DNA of 64,000 nt from Escherichia phage V18, in the sequence record NC_041937.1. One strand, 5' to 3'. Positions 1 to 10,272 of the stretch are shown piece by piece. Position 1 is the first letter of the stretch. Every line of letters begins with the position of its first letter. The translations under genes and the position numbers were made by a program. Below the pieces are notes generated by a model that saw only the letters and a list, made by a program, of their open reading frames with translations, was not told the DNA's origin and did not search any database.

Positions 1-144
1 GTCACCTTCAAATATCAAGCAAGGACAGAAGACAACAACTACCAATTCCCGGAGTGGTGGGATGCTGTATGCGTCAGAAAATCCGCAGAATATGCAAAAC
101 ATGATGATTCGTTGGAAGAGTGGTTTAATCGGAGGTTTAAATGA
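1..144 (+). CDS. 3' end of an upstream gene, partial (runs off window start), product unknown
   Basis: Open frame from position 1 (…EWFNRRFK) ending at TGA 142-144, overlapping the endolysin ATG (ATGA arrangement). Confidence 0.35.
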   Translation, partial: VTFKYQARTEDNNYQFPEWWDAVCVRKSAEYAKHDDSLEEWFNRRFK

Positions 145-620
145 AGCTAGATAAAAATGTACAATTGAGAGCATTTTTTTCGATGATTTCACACTCAGAA
201 GGTACTGACAGGTATGGTGGCGAAGATGCTTCGTACCACATCCTTGTTGGTGGAAAATACATAGAGGATCTCAGCAGGCATCCCGGTATTTATGTCAAAT
301 TAAGACCGGGCCTTACCTCTTCAGCATTTGGCAGATACCAAATTCTGGAGAAATACGCTAAGCATTACATGAAGCAGCTTGGCTTAAGAGATTTTGGTCC
401 GGCAAGTCAAGATGCCATAGCAAAACAGTTGATCCGCGAATGTAAAGCCCTTGATGACATTTATGAAGGAAGGATCCGTTCAGCTATCTATAAATGCCGT
501 AGCCGTTGGGCAAGTTTCCCACCACCACCGGGGGCTGGTAAACTGTATGATCAGCGTGTAGAAAACATAGAGAAGATGCTGGACGTCTTCCGAAAAGCCG
601 GAGGCACAGTACTGGATTAA
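141..620 (+). CDS. endolysin, phage lambda R-like lytic transglycosylase
   Basis: 159 aa; SEGTD, GRYQ, KQLGLRDF, DAIAKQLI, WASFP and C-terminal AGGTV align by eye with lambda R lysozyme along its whole length. Confidence 0.85.
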   Translation: MKLDKNVQLRAFFSMISHSEGTDRYGGEDASYHILVGGKYIEDLSRHPGIYVKLRPGLTSSAFGRYQILEKYAKHYMKQLGLRDFGPASQDAIAKQLIRECKALDDIYEGRIRSAIYKCRSRWASFPPPPGAGKLYDQRVENIEKMLDVFRKAGGTVLD

Positions 621-683
621 TGGTTGACATAACCACACGGACGTGGTATTGTCACCTCATAAGATGTTCAGGAGGGTTTAACC

Positions 684-890
684 ATGAAAGATTTTCTGTT
701 GGCAATTTTGTTCATGGCGGCATGTCTGGCCTGTGGTGTAGTGTTTGCAGGTGAAACAGCGTATCTTGTCGATGTATATCGGGACAATGGTAAACGTATT
801 TGCCTTTATGAGACAAGCCAAGGTGAGCTCTACGAGCTTGTGAAACAAGGCGAGGCAGGTTCCTGCCCTCGCACCCATTTCTTTGAATAA
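684..890 (+). CDS. small secreted or lipoprotein-like protein next to the endolysin (possible lysis accessory)
   Basis: 68 aa; hydrophobic N-terminus LLAILFMAACLACG with Cys after the signal-like segment; position directly downstream of endolysin. Confidence 0.3.
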   Translation: MKDFLLAILFMAACLACGVVFAGETAYLVDVYRDNGKRICLYETSQGELYELVKQGEAGSCPRTHFFE

Positions 891-899
891 GGGGGATAC

Positions 900-1363
900 G
901 TGGAAGACGGACGTTTAATGAAGTCTGAACGCAGGCTTATTGTGCAACTGATCCCAGAAACAGCTTGGTATAATAACCTCCGAAACGCTGTGAAGGAGAG
1001 TGAGTGGGATAAGATCCGCAAGAAGTGCTATAGAGAAGCCAACTACACTTGTGAGGTGTGTGGCGGTAAAGGCAGCAAACACCCAGTGGAGTGTCATGAA
1101 CTTTACACTTTCGAAGAGGGAGTGATCCGGCTTGTCGGACTGATAGCGTTGTGCCAGATTGTCACACATCGGTGCATCCTGGGTTAGCAAATATTCGTGG
1201 AAAGTATGCTCAGGCAGTTAATCAGTTGGCTAAGGTGAATAAGATCACCAAAGGTATGGCAGAGGCGTATTACCGAGACTGCTTTGCAGAGTGGCGTGAG
1301 CTTAGTAAAGTTCCAGAGTGGAAGACTGACTTTTCGTGGATAGAGGGTTACCTTGATGGCTAA
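900..1363 (+). CDS. HNH-type zinc-finger endonuclease, reading frame interrupted near 1150-1160
   Basis: ORF 900..1187 carries CEVCGG…HPVECHELY and ends GLIALC; ORF 1151..1363 in the next frame starts PDCHTSVHPG. Joined they give the HNH signature LCPDCH; the break lies in a CC run. Confidence 0.5.
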
Positions 1364-1642
1364 GAGATCTGTAAAAGAGAAATTCGATAAGACAGCTTTT
1401 GTATTCGATACACCTCTGGACGATATCATCAGAGGTATGCAAGCCTTGTATCGGAAGGCTGAATCTGAGCAGTTGTCTGAATCAGAACTTTACTGGCTTG
1501 GTTGGTGGGAGTTAAACCTGCCTAAAGCTGAAAGTTCTTGTCTGAGAACTGTTAAAACGTGCGCCCAAGAAAACGCTGCACTTGGAATCTACCACAAAAG
1601 GAAAAGATCAACAAAAAGCTCTCCAAGAAAGACTAAAAAGTC

Positions 1643-1672
1643 TTGACAAAAGTGTTATTAATCTGATATTAT
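1643..1672 (+). promoter_or_regulatory. sigma70-like promoter
   Basis: TTGACA at 1643-1648, 17-18 bp spacer, ATATTAT at 1666-1672; upstream of 1747..2013. Confidence 0.4.
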
Positions 1673-2005
1673 CGGTCAGATATCTATAAACTAGGAGAAC
1701 TAGATATGCTTAAATTTTTATTGTTGAAGATAAAGATATTGTCCAGTTGTATGCAAACGAGAATCATAAAGGTATGATTCTAAAGAAGGCAAGCAACCTT
1801 CATGAAAACACAATTCAACCTGGTGATGTAATTAAGATCTGTGGTTATATGATACCAGACTCCTTGATGAAAATAACCCACCACTGGGGGTCTAATCCGT
1901 TCCTTTTTGAAAAGTATTGGGATGTTGAGTCACTTATTGCAGAGAGTGATGATGCCTTCCATTGCAGCATCCAACCATCTTGCAGAATAACTAACAGGAG
2001 GGTCT

Positions 2006-3145
2006 TTGAGTAGAGAATATCCACTTATTGAGTCCATAGATTGTCTGGCTGATCTTCTTGAACCTGACGCTATAGTTTATTATGACTTCGATCAGGTTGC
2101 ATATCAAGCTGCAGCAAGTTGTGAAAAAAGGACAATTGAGGTAACACACAAAGCCTCCGGACGTAAGAAGATGTTTAAAACACGAACAGAGTTCTGGGGG
2201 CGGCAGAAGAACACCGTTGGTGGTTGGTTAAAAGCTGAGAATACCAACCGTGAAGCTGCATGTAAAAAGGCTGGCAAGGAGTTTATTCCGTGGACACGAG
2301 AAGATTTCGATGTCTTGGATATCCAAACCCCTGATCCTGTAGAGAACTGCTTGCACACAATTAAGTGTAAAGCCAATGCAGTCCTTAATTATCTCGGTAT
2401 TCCGGAAGATCGGTGCGTGGGGGTACTTGGAGGCACAGGTAATTTCAGACTAGATCTTCCCATGCCGGAAAGATATAAAGCCAACCGTAACAATACTCTT
2501 CGACCACTGCTGCTTGGAGATGCAAGACAGTATCTCCAAAAGCAGTATAATGCTCAAGTGATCAACGGTATCGAGGCTGACGACTGGTTAGCTATCCAGC
2601 AATTTGAAGGTTGGAACCACTACCAAAAAACAGGTAAGTTCAACAAGTTTATTATCTCTATTGATAAGGACCAAAGAACACTACCGGGGCTTGTGTTCGA
2701 TCCCATGCGAAACGATAAGGGAGATTTTGTAAGGGAAACCCCTATGCTGATCGATAACGGTATGGGGAACATCTTCATGAAGCCTAATGGAGAGGTTGGT
2801 GGTTACGGAATGCTGTTCTTCGGATACCAAATGCTGTGTGGTGACTCTGCTGACAACATCAAGCCGTATCAAGGACTTATCGGTAAGGGTAAGTTCGGAG
2901 ATGCCTCAGCATTCTACCTACTGTCTCAGTGCAGCACTCCAAAGGAGATGTGGGTGGCTATTATTGATCAGTACAAGAAGTGGTTCCCGAAAGGTGTTGT
3001 TAAGTATACTGACTTCAATGGTATTGATCGTAGAATTTCCGTAGGTCAATGGATGAGTATAATTTTTGACTGTTTGTATATGAAGCGAACATTCAATGAT
3101 CAAACAAAACTTGTTAACGTTCTTAGAAATGTTGGAGCAATTTGA
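2006..3145 (+). CDS. 5'-3' exonuclease / flap endonuclease (T5 D15 / Pol I 5'-nuclease family)
   Basis: 379 aa; acidic clusters YYDFD, RYKANR, GIEADD, CGDSADNIKPYQGLIGKGKFGDA (helix-hairpin-helix region). Confidence 0.7.
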   Translation: MSREYPLIESIDCLADLLEPDAIVYYDFDQVAYQAAASCEKRTIEVTHKASGRKKMFKTRTEFWGRQKNTVGGWLKAENTNREAACKKAGKEFIPWTREDFDVLDIQTPDPVENCLHTIKCKANAVLNYLGIPEDRCVGVLGGTGNFRLDLPMPERYKANRNNTLRPLLLGDARQYLQKQYNAQVINGIEADDWLAIQQFEGWNHYQKTGKFNKFIISIDKDQRTLPGLVFDPMRNDKGDFVRETPMLIDNGMGNIFMKPNGEVGGYGMLFFGYQMLCGDSADNIKPYQGLIGKGKFGDASAFYLLSQCSTPKEMWVAIIDQYKKWFPKGVVKYTDFNGIDRRISVGQWMSIIFDCLYMKRTFNDQTKLVNVLRNVGAI

Positions 3146-3473
3146 TGACTAAAAATTCTGTAGATAACGCAATTATGGAAGCTGTTTTTGAGGATGATCA
3201 CACAACAGGGACACTTAAAACAAAAAATACATTCGTTGTTGCCACAGGTATGTGGCGGTTGTATGAAGATGACACCATTTCATACATCCTGTACACGGAT
3301 GATTACGCAGATGACCGTGTATGGTCTGCTGTTTTAAAAGAGGATTGTGAGCTGATTGAGGGCGAGCGGTTATGCATGTTCACCAGTGTGGAAACAGATG
3401 TTAAGCTTTGCTCTCTCGTCTTGTTCAAAGATAAGGCTTATGCTCCTGATGAAGGAGAGGAGGATGAGGAAGC

Positions 3474-4103
3474 ATGAGAGAGCGTCTATTATCCATAGAC
3501 CAGTCGTTGACACACACAGCTTGCGTTGTATGGGACGATGGAAAGCCTGTTCATAAGGTTGTGTTACGAACTCAAAGCTCATCTGCAAAAGAGATGAAAC
3601 CAGGGACGGTTTCTTTTGCAACAGCTGCTGAGCGTATTGACTGGATCTGCAAACAGGTCAGATATTATATCCACACGCACGGCGTTGACACCGTAGTTAT
3701 GGAAGGGCTTTCCTTTGGATCACGCGGGGATGCCACACGTGAACTGGCTGGGTTGTTTTACGGTCTTGAAGTTATGCTTTGGGATGCCTTAGCTGATTGT
3801 GAAAATGACGGCCTGTTTAAGGTCCACACAGTGACACCAACAACTGCCAAAAAGTTTGCTCGTAGTCATCTTCCTGAGGAACTTGCTTTCGAGGAGAAGA
3901 AAAAGCTTGACAAAAAGACAGGTAAAGAGCATACTGTGAAGAAACCTGTTACGATGGATAAAAAGTTGATGGTTAAGGCCTGCGAAGTATCTGAACCTGG
4001 GTTCCTAGATGGGATCAATTTGGTACAAGGTAAGGCCGATCTCGCAGATGCTTATTGGATAGGCAGGGCGCATCTGGAGGGATTATCGCAAAGCGTAAAA
4101 TAA
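3474..4103 (+). CDS. RuvC-like Holliday junction resolvase (putative)
   Basis: 209 aa; N-terminal LSIDQSLTHTACVVWDD, central VVMEGLSFGS, C-terminal DLADAYWIG, matching the spacing of RuvC-fold catalytic acidic residues. Confidence 0.45.
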   Translation: MRERLLSIDQSLTHTACVVWDDGKPVHKVVLRTQSSSAKEMKPGTVSFATAAERIDWICKQVRYYIHTHGVDTVVMEGLSFGSRGDATRELAGLFYGLEVMLWDALADCENDGLFKVHTVTPTTAKKFARSHLPEELAFEEKKKLDKKTGKEHTVKKPVTMDKKLMVKACEVSEPGFLDGINLVQGKADLADAYWIGRAHLEGLSQSVK

Positions 4104-4660
4104 GAAAGAAAGCTGTCAAAGCCCCCGTTCATAACGGGTGGTTAAAAGATTCTAAGGACATAGCCAACTTTCGAAAAGAATTGTCAGAGGAGCAGGATGG
4201 TCTTGATCCGATCTTGTGCGAGCCACTTCGTAAGCCTTGTTTGGATCATGACCATCTAACTGGTCGTTGCAGGGGTGTTTTGTCACAATGCACTAATACC
4301 TTTGAGGGGTATGTGCTTAAATACTGGATGAAATACTGTAACGAGTATACAGATTGCAGTTTATCAGAGGCGTTGCGCCGGATGGCTGACTATTTGGAGA
4401 AAGACTACAGCGACTTCCCGCTCCACAAAAACTACAGAGATGATATGACAAAGTTCTTGAGGAGATGCTCTAAAGCTACGATCATTGCACGAGCAGAATC
4501 AGATCTCAATCTTGTCATTAATCCAGAGTGCACCAAGCATGAGGCTATTGAGTTCTACATGCAGGAGTTTATAAAGAAAACTGAGGAGAGAGATTTCTAT
4601 GGGGATGAAAAAGGTATTCAATCCTTGCGATTCAGTTCTGATCAGGATGAAATACCGTAA
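4055..4660 (+). CDS. endonuclease VII-like (T4 gp49 family) protein
   Basis: Motif CEPLRKPCLDHDHLTGRCRGVLSQCTN (C..C…DHDH.TG..RG.L..C.N). The start is a non-ATG codon overlapping the upstream gene, so the true start is uncertain. Confidence 0.55.
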   Translation: MDRQGASGGIIAKRKIRKKAVKAPVHNGWLKDSKDIANFRKELSEEQDGLDPILCEPLRKPCLDHDHLTGRCRGVLSQCTNTFEGYVLKYWMKYCNEYTDCSLSEALRRMADYLEKDYSDFPLHKNYRDDMTKFLRRCSKATIIARAESDLNLVINPECTKHEAIEFYMQEFIKKTEERDFYGDEKGIQSLRFSSDQDEIP

Positions 4661-4826
4661 CTGGAAAGGTGTTGTTGCAGATCGCTGCGTTACTGAGCCT
4701 AATTTATGGTTTGGCTCTACAGAGTATCATAAAGAAGAGCAGTGGTTGATGCATGCCTTTGATGTAGACAAGGGCGAATATCGTGACTTCGCTTTAAAAG
4801 ACATTCTTCAGTTTTACTAAGGAATC

Positions 4827-5816
4827 TTGACGATGATGACAAAGTTAACTCTTGAGCAAATTTTAACACTAAAGCAACAGGGATACACTAATAGACAAAT
4901 TGCTCGTGAATTTTTAGGCCGTGAGTCACGTGAGAGCTGGATCCGACTACAGCTTAAACGTGCACAGGAGAATATGTCAGAGATTGTAGGAGAAGCAACG
5001 GAGCGCTTCCTTGAAGAGCACAAAGGTGCTAAAGTTTGGGTGTATGATACAGAGACATCTCCAACAAACGGCTGGTTCTTTGGGCACTATAAGACCAACA
5101 TTCAAACCTGCGGTATTGAAATTATGCCCTACATGCTAACTTTCGCAGGTAAGTGGTTAGACAGTCCTAGTGTGGTTGACTGCGCTCTTCCCGATTACAA
5201 AATGTGGGATGAGGATATTCACAATGATCTCGAATTGATTCAGGATTTGTGGTATTATCTGGATAAATGTGATGTCGCAGTAGCCCACAATTCAGGTTTT
5301 GACTGTGGGTGGGCCAACCAACGATTTGCATTTCACGGGTTGCCTCCAACAAGCCCCTACAAAGAGGTTGACACCCTTAAAATGATCAAGAAGGCATTCC
5401 GTTTGAATGCAAACACTTTGGAGTATGCATGCAAATACTTCCAACTGGCCCGACAGAAACTGATTGATCACACATTTGAAATGTGGATCAAGTGTGTCCA
5501 TGGTGATCTTGAGGCATTTAAACAGATGCGGGAGTATAATGTTGGTGATATCCTGTCTCTGGAAGGACTGTATTTGCTGGCTCGCCCGTTTGCTAAGCAG
5601 CACCCAAACATGTCATTGTACTATCAAGACGAGGAGCCAAAAGTTCGTTGTCCACGCTGTGGTGGAGAACACCTTCACGAGGAAGAAGCTTTGGCGTATA
5701 CTCAACTGAGTGCATTTAAAACATACCGCTGCGAAGGTTGTGGATCTGTTGTTCGTGACCGTAACAACATCCGCACCAGAGAAGAAATGAAAAATACCCT
5801 GATTCAGATAATCTAA
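4827..5816 (+). CDS. DEDD-family 3'-5' exonuclease with N-terminal HTH-like segment
   Basis: 329 aa; WVYDTETSP (Exo I), VAHNSGFDCGW (Exo II), YNVGDILSLEGLY (Exo III, YxxxD); N-terminal QGYTNRQIAREF; C-terminal CPRCGG…CEGCG zinc ribbon. Confidence 0.55.
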   Translation: MTMMTKLTLEQILTLKQQGYTNRQIAREFLGRESRESWIRLQLKRAQENMSEIVGEATERFLEEHKGAKVWVYDTETSPTNGWFFGHYKTNIQTCGIEIMPYMLTFAGKWLDSPSVVDCALPDYKMWDEDIHNDLELIQDLWYYLDKCDVAVAHNSGFDCGWANQRFAFHGLPPTSPYKEVDTLKMIKKAFRLNANTLEYACKYFQLARQKLIDHTFEMWIKCVHGDLEAFKQMREYNVGDILSLEGLYLLARPFAKQHPNMSLYYQDEEPKVRCPRCGGEHLHEEEALAYTQLSAFKTYRCEGCGSVVRDRNNIRTREEMKNTLIQII

Positions 5817-5824
5817 CAATTATA

Positions 5825-5850
5825 GGGAGGCTTGCGCCTCCCTTTTCCTT
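5825..5850 (+). terminator. rho-independent terminator
   Basis: GGGAGGC-ttgc-GCCTCCC stem-loop followed by TTTT, just after the stop of 4827..5816. Confidence 0.5.
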
Positions 5851-6678
5851 TTGGAGGCACTTTGAGCAAGAAAGAGTCCAACGACAAATACTACACAAAC
5901 CCTGAGTATGCAGAATATCTTGTTGGTAAAGTAAAAGATAAGTATGGGAATTGTGCATACGTTGAGCCTTCTGCTGGAAGGGGTTCTTTTTCAAAACTAT
6001 TTTCAGAGATACTGTCGTACGATTTAGTACCAGATCCTGAATTTGAAGGACCAACACCGTGCATTCAGGCAAACTTCTTGGAGGTGCATCCCAAGGCAGA
6101 TGTCTTCATAGGTAACCCACCATTTGGCAAGAATTCATCCTTAGCTTGCAAATTCTTTAACCATTGTGCATCATTGCTAGAGCTTGGAGGGGCTATAGCC
6201 TTCATCTTGCCACGGACATTTGAAAAAATTTTTTTCAAACAAACTGGACATGTCGATGCACCTTGTCTACAGCGAAAGGTGCCCTAAGAATTCGTTTTTA
6301 CTTAATGGCAAACCTTATGACGTGCCATGTGTTTTCCAAATTTGGGAGAAAAAGGCGTGCAATAGGGATCCTGTAGAGATTGGAGAGAATAAGTTATTTT
6401 CTTTTAGCACACCAGATGACTACGACTTCTGTGTAAGACGTGTTGGGTATAATGCTGGAAAAGTATTGGGGGATGATGACCCAAAATCTGAAGAATCAAC
6501 ATATTTCATAAAATCTTTAGTTAACGGTGTTGACAGAGTGTTTGCTGAATGCTATTCTTCTTTTCAAGAAGAAGCAGGTAAGACTGCTGGAATGAAGAGT
6601 ATAGGTAAGAAAGAACTACAATACATTTTGGAGACCAGGTATGATCAAAAGCATAGACTTGACCAAAGAACTTACTGA
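5832..6678 (+). CDS. N6-adenine DNA methyltransferase, frame interrupted near 6220-6290
   Basis: AdoMet motif EPSAGRGSF and catalytic IGNPPFGKN in ORF 5832..6287; continuation (…CVFQIWEKK) in ORF 6220..6678 in another frame; break in an A6T7 homopolymer stretch. Start codon uncertain. Confidence 0.5.
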
Positions 6679-7099
6679 TGCAAAAGCTTTTGGTGAGACA
6701 GCGGTACAAAGAGGACAGGCGATGGGACTGGCACTACCTTTCGTCTTAAAAGAGCACTTTACAGATTTTCAACTTATCAAAGGTGATAAGGGAATGCTTA
6801 TCCTGGAGCATAAGTTGAGTAAGAAACGCTATAAAGTCGTTTTTAATTCTAAAGCTCCAACAAAACTGGGATTCAGAACTTACAATCTTAACCCATCCTA
6901 CACTAAGGGTGTTGGAAGGGTAGAACAACAGCATTTCAGTGCCAGAGCTTCTTTAGCCCCTTTGATGCTAAATTTCTCAGGGGTGGCTTTAGGATACCTT
7001 GATAAGAAAAGGGTTCTTCATGTTCGTTTCACAGACTTTGTAACGCTTTTAGCTAACAACGAGGTTGATGAGAAGGGACGTGTAAAAACAAACTTCTAA
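6641..7099 (+). CDS. hypothetical protein
   Basis: 152-aa ORF, no recognisable motif. Confidence 0.3.
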   Translation: MIKSIDLTKELTDAKAFGETAVQRGQAMGLALPFVLKEHFTDFQLIKGDKGMLILEHKLSKKRYKVVFNSKAPTKLGFRTYNLNPSYTKGVGRVEQQHFSARASLAPLMLNFSGVALGYLDKKRVLHVRFTDFVTLLANNEVDEKGRVKTNF

Positions 7100-7325
7100 T
7101 AACGCATAGTATGATTGGAGACCGAAATGACACAATGACACTAGAGTTAACAATTCCAGACAGCTTTTCAGAAAACTTTATCCCAGAAATGATGAGTAAG
7201 ATGCGATCATTGCTTGATCAGATTGAGGAGGCTGTTTGGGAAGACGATGCTGTAGTGGCTAACGAGCTGGTAGATAAGTGTAAAAGTATTATTGATGCAG
7301 TTGAAGAATACCACGGAGGTTTTTA

Positions 7326-7940
7326 ATGGATATTATTGTTCTTAACGCCCCACCCAGCAGTGGTAAGGATCACATTGCAGATCTCTTGTTGGAAGCTATT
7401 CCTAACTCACACCACCGTGAGGTTAAGGAAATGCTCTTCAGTGTGGCAATTAAGGCAGCTGGTGTAACTCCTCAACTCTGGAATGCACTTTATGACCGCC
7501 ACTACAAAGAAGAGCCTTGCCCTTTCTTAATGATAGACGGCAAGCATGTTTCTCCGCGAGAATGGATGATCCATTGTAGTGAAAATCTGATTAAACCTAT
7601 CTTTGGTGAAGATGCTTTCGGTAAAGCCGCAGTCGCATCTTTGAAGAAAGATTTCCCTGAAGGTAAAGGGGTTATTGTTTACTCCGATGGGGGATTCAAA
7701 GAGGAGCTGGCATGCCTTAGCGAGTACGCATACAGCACAGGTGGAGATCTGTTGTTGTTCCGTATTCACCGTGTAGGATATGACTGGGGAAATGATTCCA
7801 GAACCTATCTAAGTCTGGAAAAGAACGGAATAAAAGGGGTTGAGTTTGATGTTGTAAACCCTGAAGGTGCACCTTGGGAGTGTGCATCGGAGATTGTGTG
7901 CAAGTATATTGATGTTAAAGAGGCCCAAGAAGAATGTTAA
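7326..7940 (+). CDS. P-loop deoxynucleoside monophosphate kinase-like protein (T4 gp1-like)
   Basis: N-terminal Walker-A-like LNAPPSSGKDHIAD, resembling the GxxxSGKD.xAD start of phage dNMP kinases; 204 aa. Confidence 0.45.
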   Translation: MDIIVLNAPPSSGKDHIADLLLEAIPNSHHREVKEMLFSVAIKAAGVTPQLWNALYDRHYKEEPCPFLMIDGKHVSPREWMIHCSENLIKPIFGEDAFGKAAVASLKKDFPEGKGVIVYSDGGFKEELACLSEYAYSTGGDLLLFRIHRVGYDWGNDSRTYLSLEKNGIKGVEFDVVNPEGAPWECASEIVCKYIDVKEAQEEC

Positions 7941-8527
7941 TCGGAATTGATGTAGATCTGACACTGGTAGATTCAGGAACAGCATGGTGGGAGTGGTTGG
8001 AGCGTTTGTATGGTCCAGCCAGTAAGACAGTAGCTAAACCTTCTAATGGGCTAATGTATTACGATCTGTCAAAGTATTGGCCTGATCGTCCCAAAGAAAA
8101 CATCATAGGACCTTTTGATTTCTGGAGTGATCCGTTCCTCTACGACTTCCTTAAGCCTGAAGAGGGGGCTATTGAGGTTATGAAAGATTTGGTGGCTCGT
8201 GGTCACAAGCTTGCATTTATCTCGGTATGCAAGAAAGGTCACCTTGCATCTAAATCAAGGTTCTTAAAGCGTTGGACCAGTGATTTTATGGATCTGGACG
8301 ACCACACCCAGGGCCACGGCTTCTACGCCACACATTTCAAAGGGAATGTGGCTGTAGATGTTATAATTGACGACAGGCATGAATACCTGAACCAATTCGC
8401 TTCACGACCTGAAGTTATTAAAATCCTAAAAGATACGCCTTATGAGCAATTCGAGGAGTTAAAGGTCAGTGTTGACTATACCGCTAATAGCTGGTATAAA
8501 ATAGGAAAATTTTTAGAAGGTATTTGA
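7934..8527 (+). CDS. HAD-superfamily phosphatase (putative 5'-deoxynucleotidase)
   Basis: N-terminal IGIDVDLTLVDS (DxDxT HAD motif I) and C-terminal VDVIIDDR (motif IV-like); 197 aa. Confidence 0.5.
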   Translation: MLIGIDVDLTLVDSGTAWWEWLERLYGPASKTVAKPSNGLMYYDLSKYWPDRPKENIIGPFDFWSDPFLYDFLKPEEGAIEVMKDLVARGHKLAFISVCKKGHLASKSRFLKRWTSDFMDLDDHTQGHGFYATHFKGNVAVDVIIDDRHEYLNQFASRPEVIKILKDTPYEQFEELKVSVDYTANSWYKIGKFLEGI

Positions 8528-8728
8528 AATGGGCAGATGTTCTAAAGGTGGCGATCCTGTAGTCAGATATGGTGACTGGCTAGAGGTGTATGATCTAGAA
8601 GGTAAGCTAGTGTATGCCTCTAGGATCACCCAAGATATGTGCTCTGACATGTTCAACAGATACCTTGCATTTAAGGCCAACATAAACCCAGACGAAATTT
8701 CCAAAATTAAAACAAGGAGAGCTAAATA

Positions 8729-9712
8729 ATGCTAAAACTGTGCACTGCAAAGATTATTGCTGACAGCATTTCCGAGAAAGGTAAGCGTATCACCACTTTT
8801 GAACTAGAGTATCCTCGAATTATTCACTCAGAGCTTATGACGCACCGAGTGTTCAGCCGAAACGCCATGTCTTCCCGTGCAGTACCTGTCGGCAAGATGC
8901 TGCAACAGATTGTGGAGAATCCGGCAATGCCAGTTCGCTTCGGTGTAAATAAGCGAGGAATGGAAGATGGTGGGGAACACGATCAAAAGATCCGTGTAGA
9001 GTACACTGACATGGAGCTAACTCCTGAAGAGTTTTGGAAAGAAGCTGCAAAAAACGCCGCTTGGCATGCAGAGAAGTTCGCCCTTGCTGGTTACCATAAG
9101 CAAGTATGTAACCGCTTAGTGGAGCCGTTCCAGCGCATGAAAACAGTTGTAACAAGCACCGAGTGGAATAATTTTTTCCACCTCCGTTGCTGGCACGATG
9201 CGGATCCTACGATTCAGATGTTAGCTAATTGTATGTGGGAGGCTCTTGAGAATAGCACTCCTGAAATCCTTAAACCGGGTCAATGGCACACCCCATATGT
9301 AGAGCACGTTTATTTGGACGGAGAGTTTAACTACGCTGTACGTGACACAGAAGGAAAGCTTTGCATTCTCGATACTAAAGAAGCTCTGTCTATCAGTGCT
9401 AGTTGCTGTGCACAAGTATCTTATCGAAATATTGACAGCACGTTTGAAAAGGCAGATAGTGTTGCTAAAAAATTGATTGGTGGGGATCGTATTCATGCAA
9501 GCCCTTACGAGCACCAGGCAACACCTATGGATCACGATAATGCAATGGAACGTTTAAACTACTACCTGTCTTCATGTGAAATCACACAAGACATCAGTAC
9601 TTGGCAGGAAGGTGTAACCCATCAAGACCGTGATGGTAAATTCTGGTCTGCCAACTTTTGTGGGTGGGTTCAGCACAGACAACTGCTTAATAACCACTTC
9701 GTGAAAGGTTAA
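8729..9712 (+). CDS. thyX: flavin-dependent thymidylate synthase
   Basis: ThyX signature MTHRVFSRNAMSSRAVP (RHR…S…S.R); 327 aa. Confidence 0.8.
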   Translation: MLKLCTAKIIADSISEKGKRITTFELEYPRIIHSELMTHRVFSRNAMSSRAVPVGKMLQQIVENPAMPVRFGVNKRGMEDGGEHDQKIRVEYTDMELTPEEFWKEAAKNAAWHAEKFALAGYHKQVCNRLVEPFQRMKTVVTSTEWNNFFHLRCWHDADPTIQMLANCMWEALENSTPEILKPGQWHTPYVEHVYLDGEFNYAVRDTEGKLCILDTKEALSISASCCAQVSYRNIDSTFEKADSVAKKLIGGDRIHASPYEHQATPMDHDNAMERLNYYLSSCEITQDISTWQEGVTHQDRDGKFWSANFCGWVQHRQLLNNHFVKG

Positions 9713-9741
9713 TCCTATCACAGCGATAGGTAACTTTTGTG

Positions 9742-9770
9742 TTGACTAATAGTATCAGATAATCTATAAT
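9742..9770 (+). promoter_or_regulatory. sigma70-like promoter
   Basis: TTGACT 9742-9747, 17 bp spacer, TATAAT 9765-9770. Confidence 0.5.
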
Positions 9771-9771
9771 A

Positions 9772-10272
9772 ATGGCTCACTTTGTTAGTGAGCCAGAAAT
9801 GGAGACAGATATGAGTAATGTTATGATTCCTAAAAAGACATTTATTTCAGTTACTTTGGATTTCCTATCTACCGTTCCAGGGTTTAACGTTCGCACACGA
9901 AACGGTCTCCGAGCTGCACTCTTTGCCGTAGGGTTTGATTTAAAAAGTATTGATGTTCTTCGTGGAAAAAACGTTCGATGCAAAAATAAGCCAACACATT
10001 ATCGAAAGGCAGATGTATTTGCTGGTGTCATGCGTGCAGACTTTAGATACCCGCAAATGTATAACGGTGTAGATATTTTAGATGTAGATAAAGCACCCGG
10101 TGAGGCAATGCTTGTTCAAGATCTTCCGTATGATATCCCTGTAGAGGATCGTGTTAATGTAAGAAAGTATACAAAACAATCTGAAAAGGCTGAAGATATT
10201 CATATTGTTGATGAACCTTTCAATTTTGAAGATCTGCATCGCCTGGAAAAATTATTCGGTATTGAAAGCTAA
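9772..10272 (+). CDS. hypothetical protein (true start probably at the internal ATG near 9811)
   Basis: The ORF ATG at 9772 lies 1 nt after the -10 box; GGAGA at 9802-9806 precedes the ATG at 9811. Confidence 0.35.
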   Translation: MAHFVSEPEMETDMSNVMIPKKTFISVTLDFLSTVPGFNVRTRNGLRAALFAVGFDLKSIDVLRGKNVRCKNKPTHYRKADVFAGVMRADFRYPQMYNGVDILDVDKAPGEAMLVQDLPYDIPVEDRVNVRKYTKQSEKAEDIHIVDEPFNFEDLHRLEKLFGIES

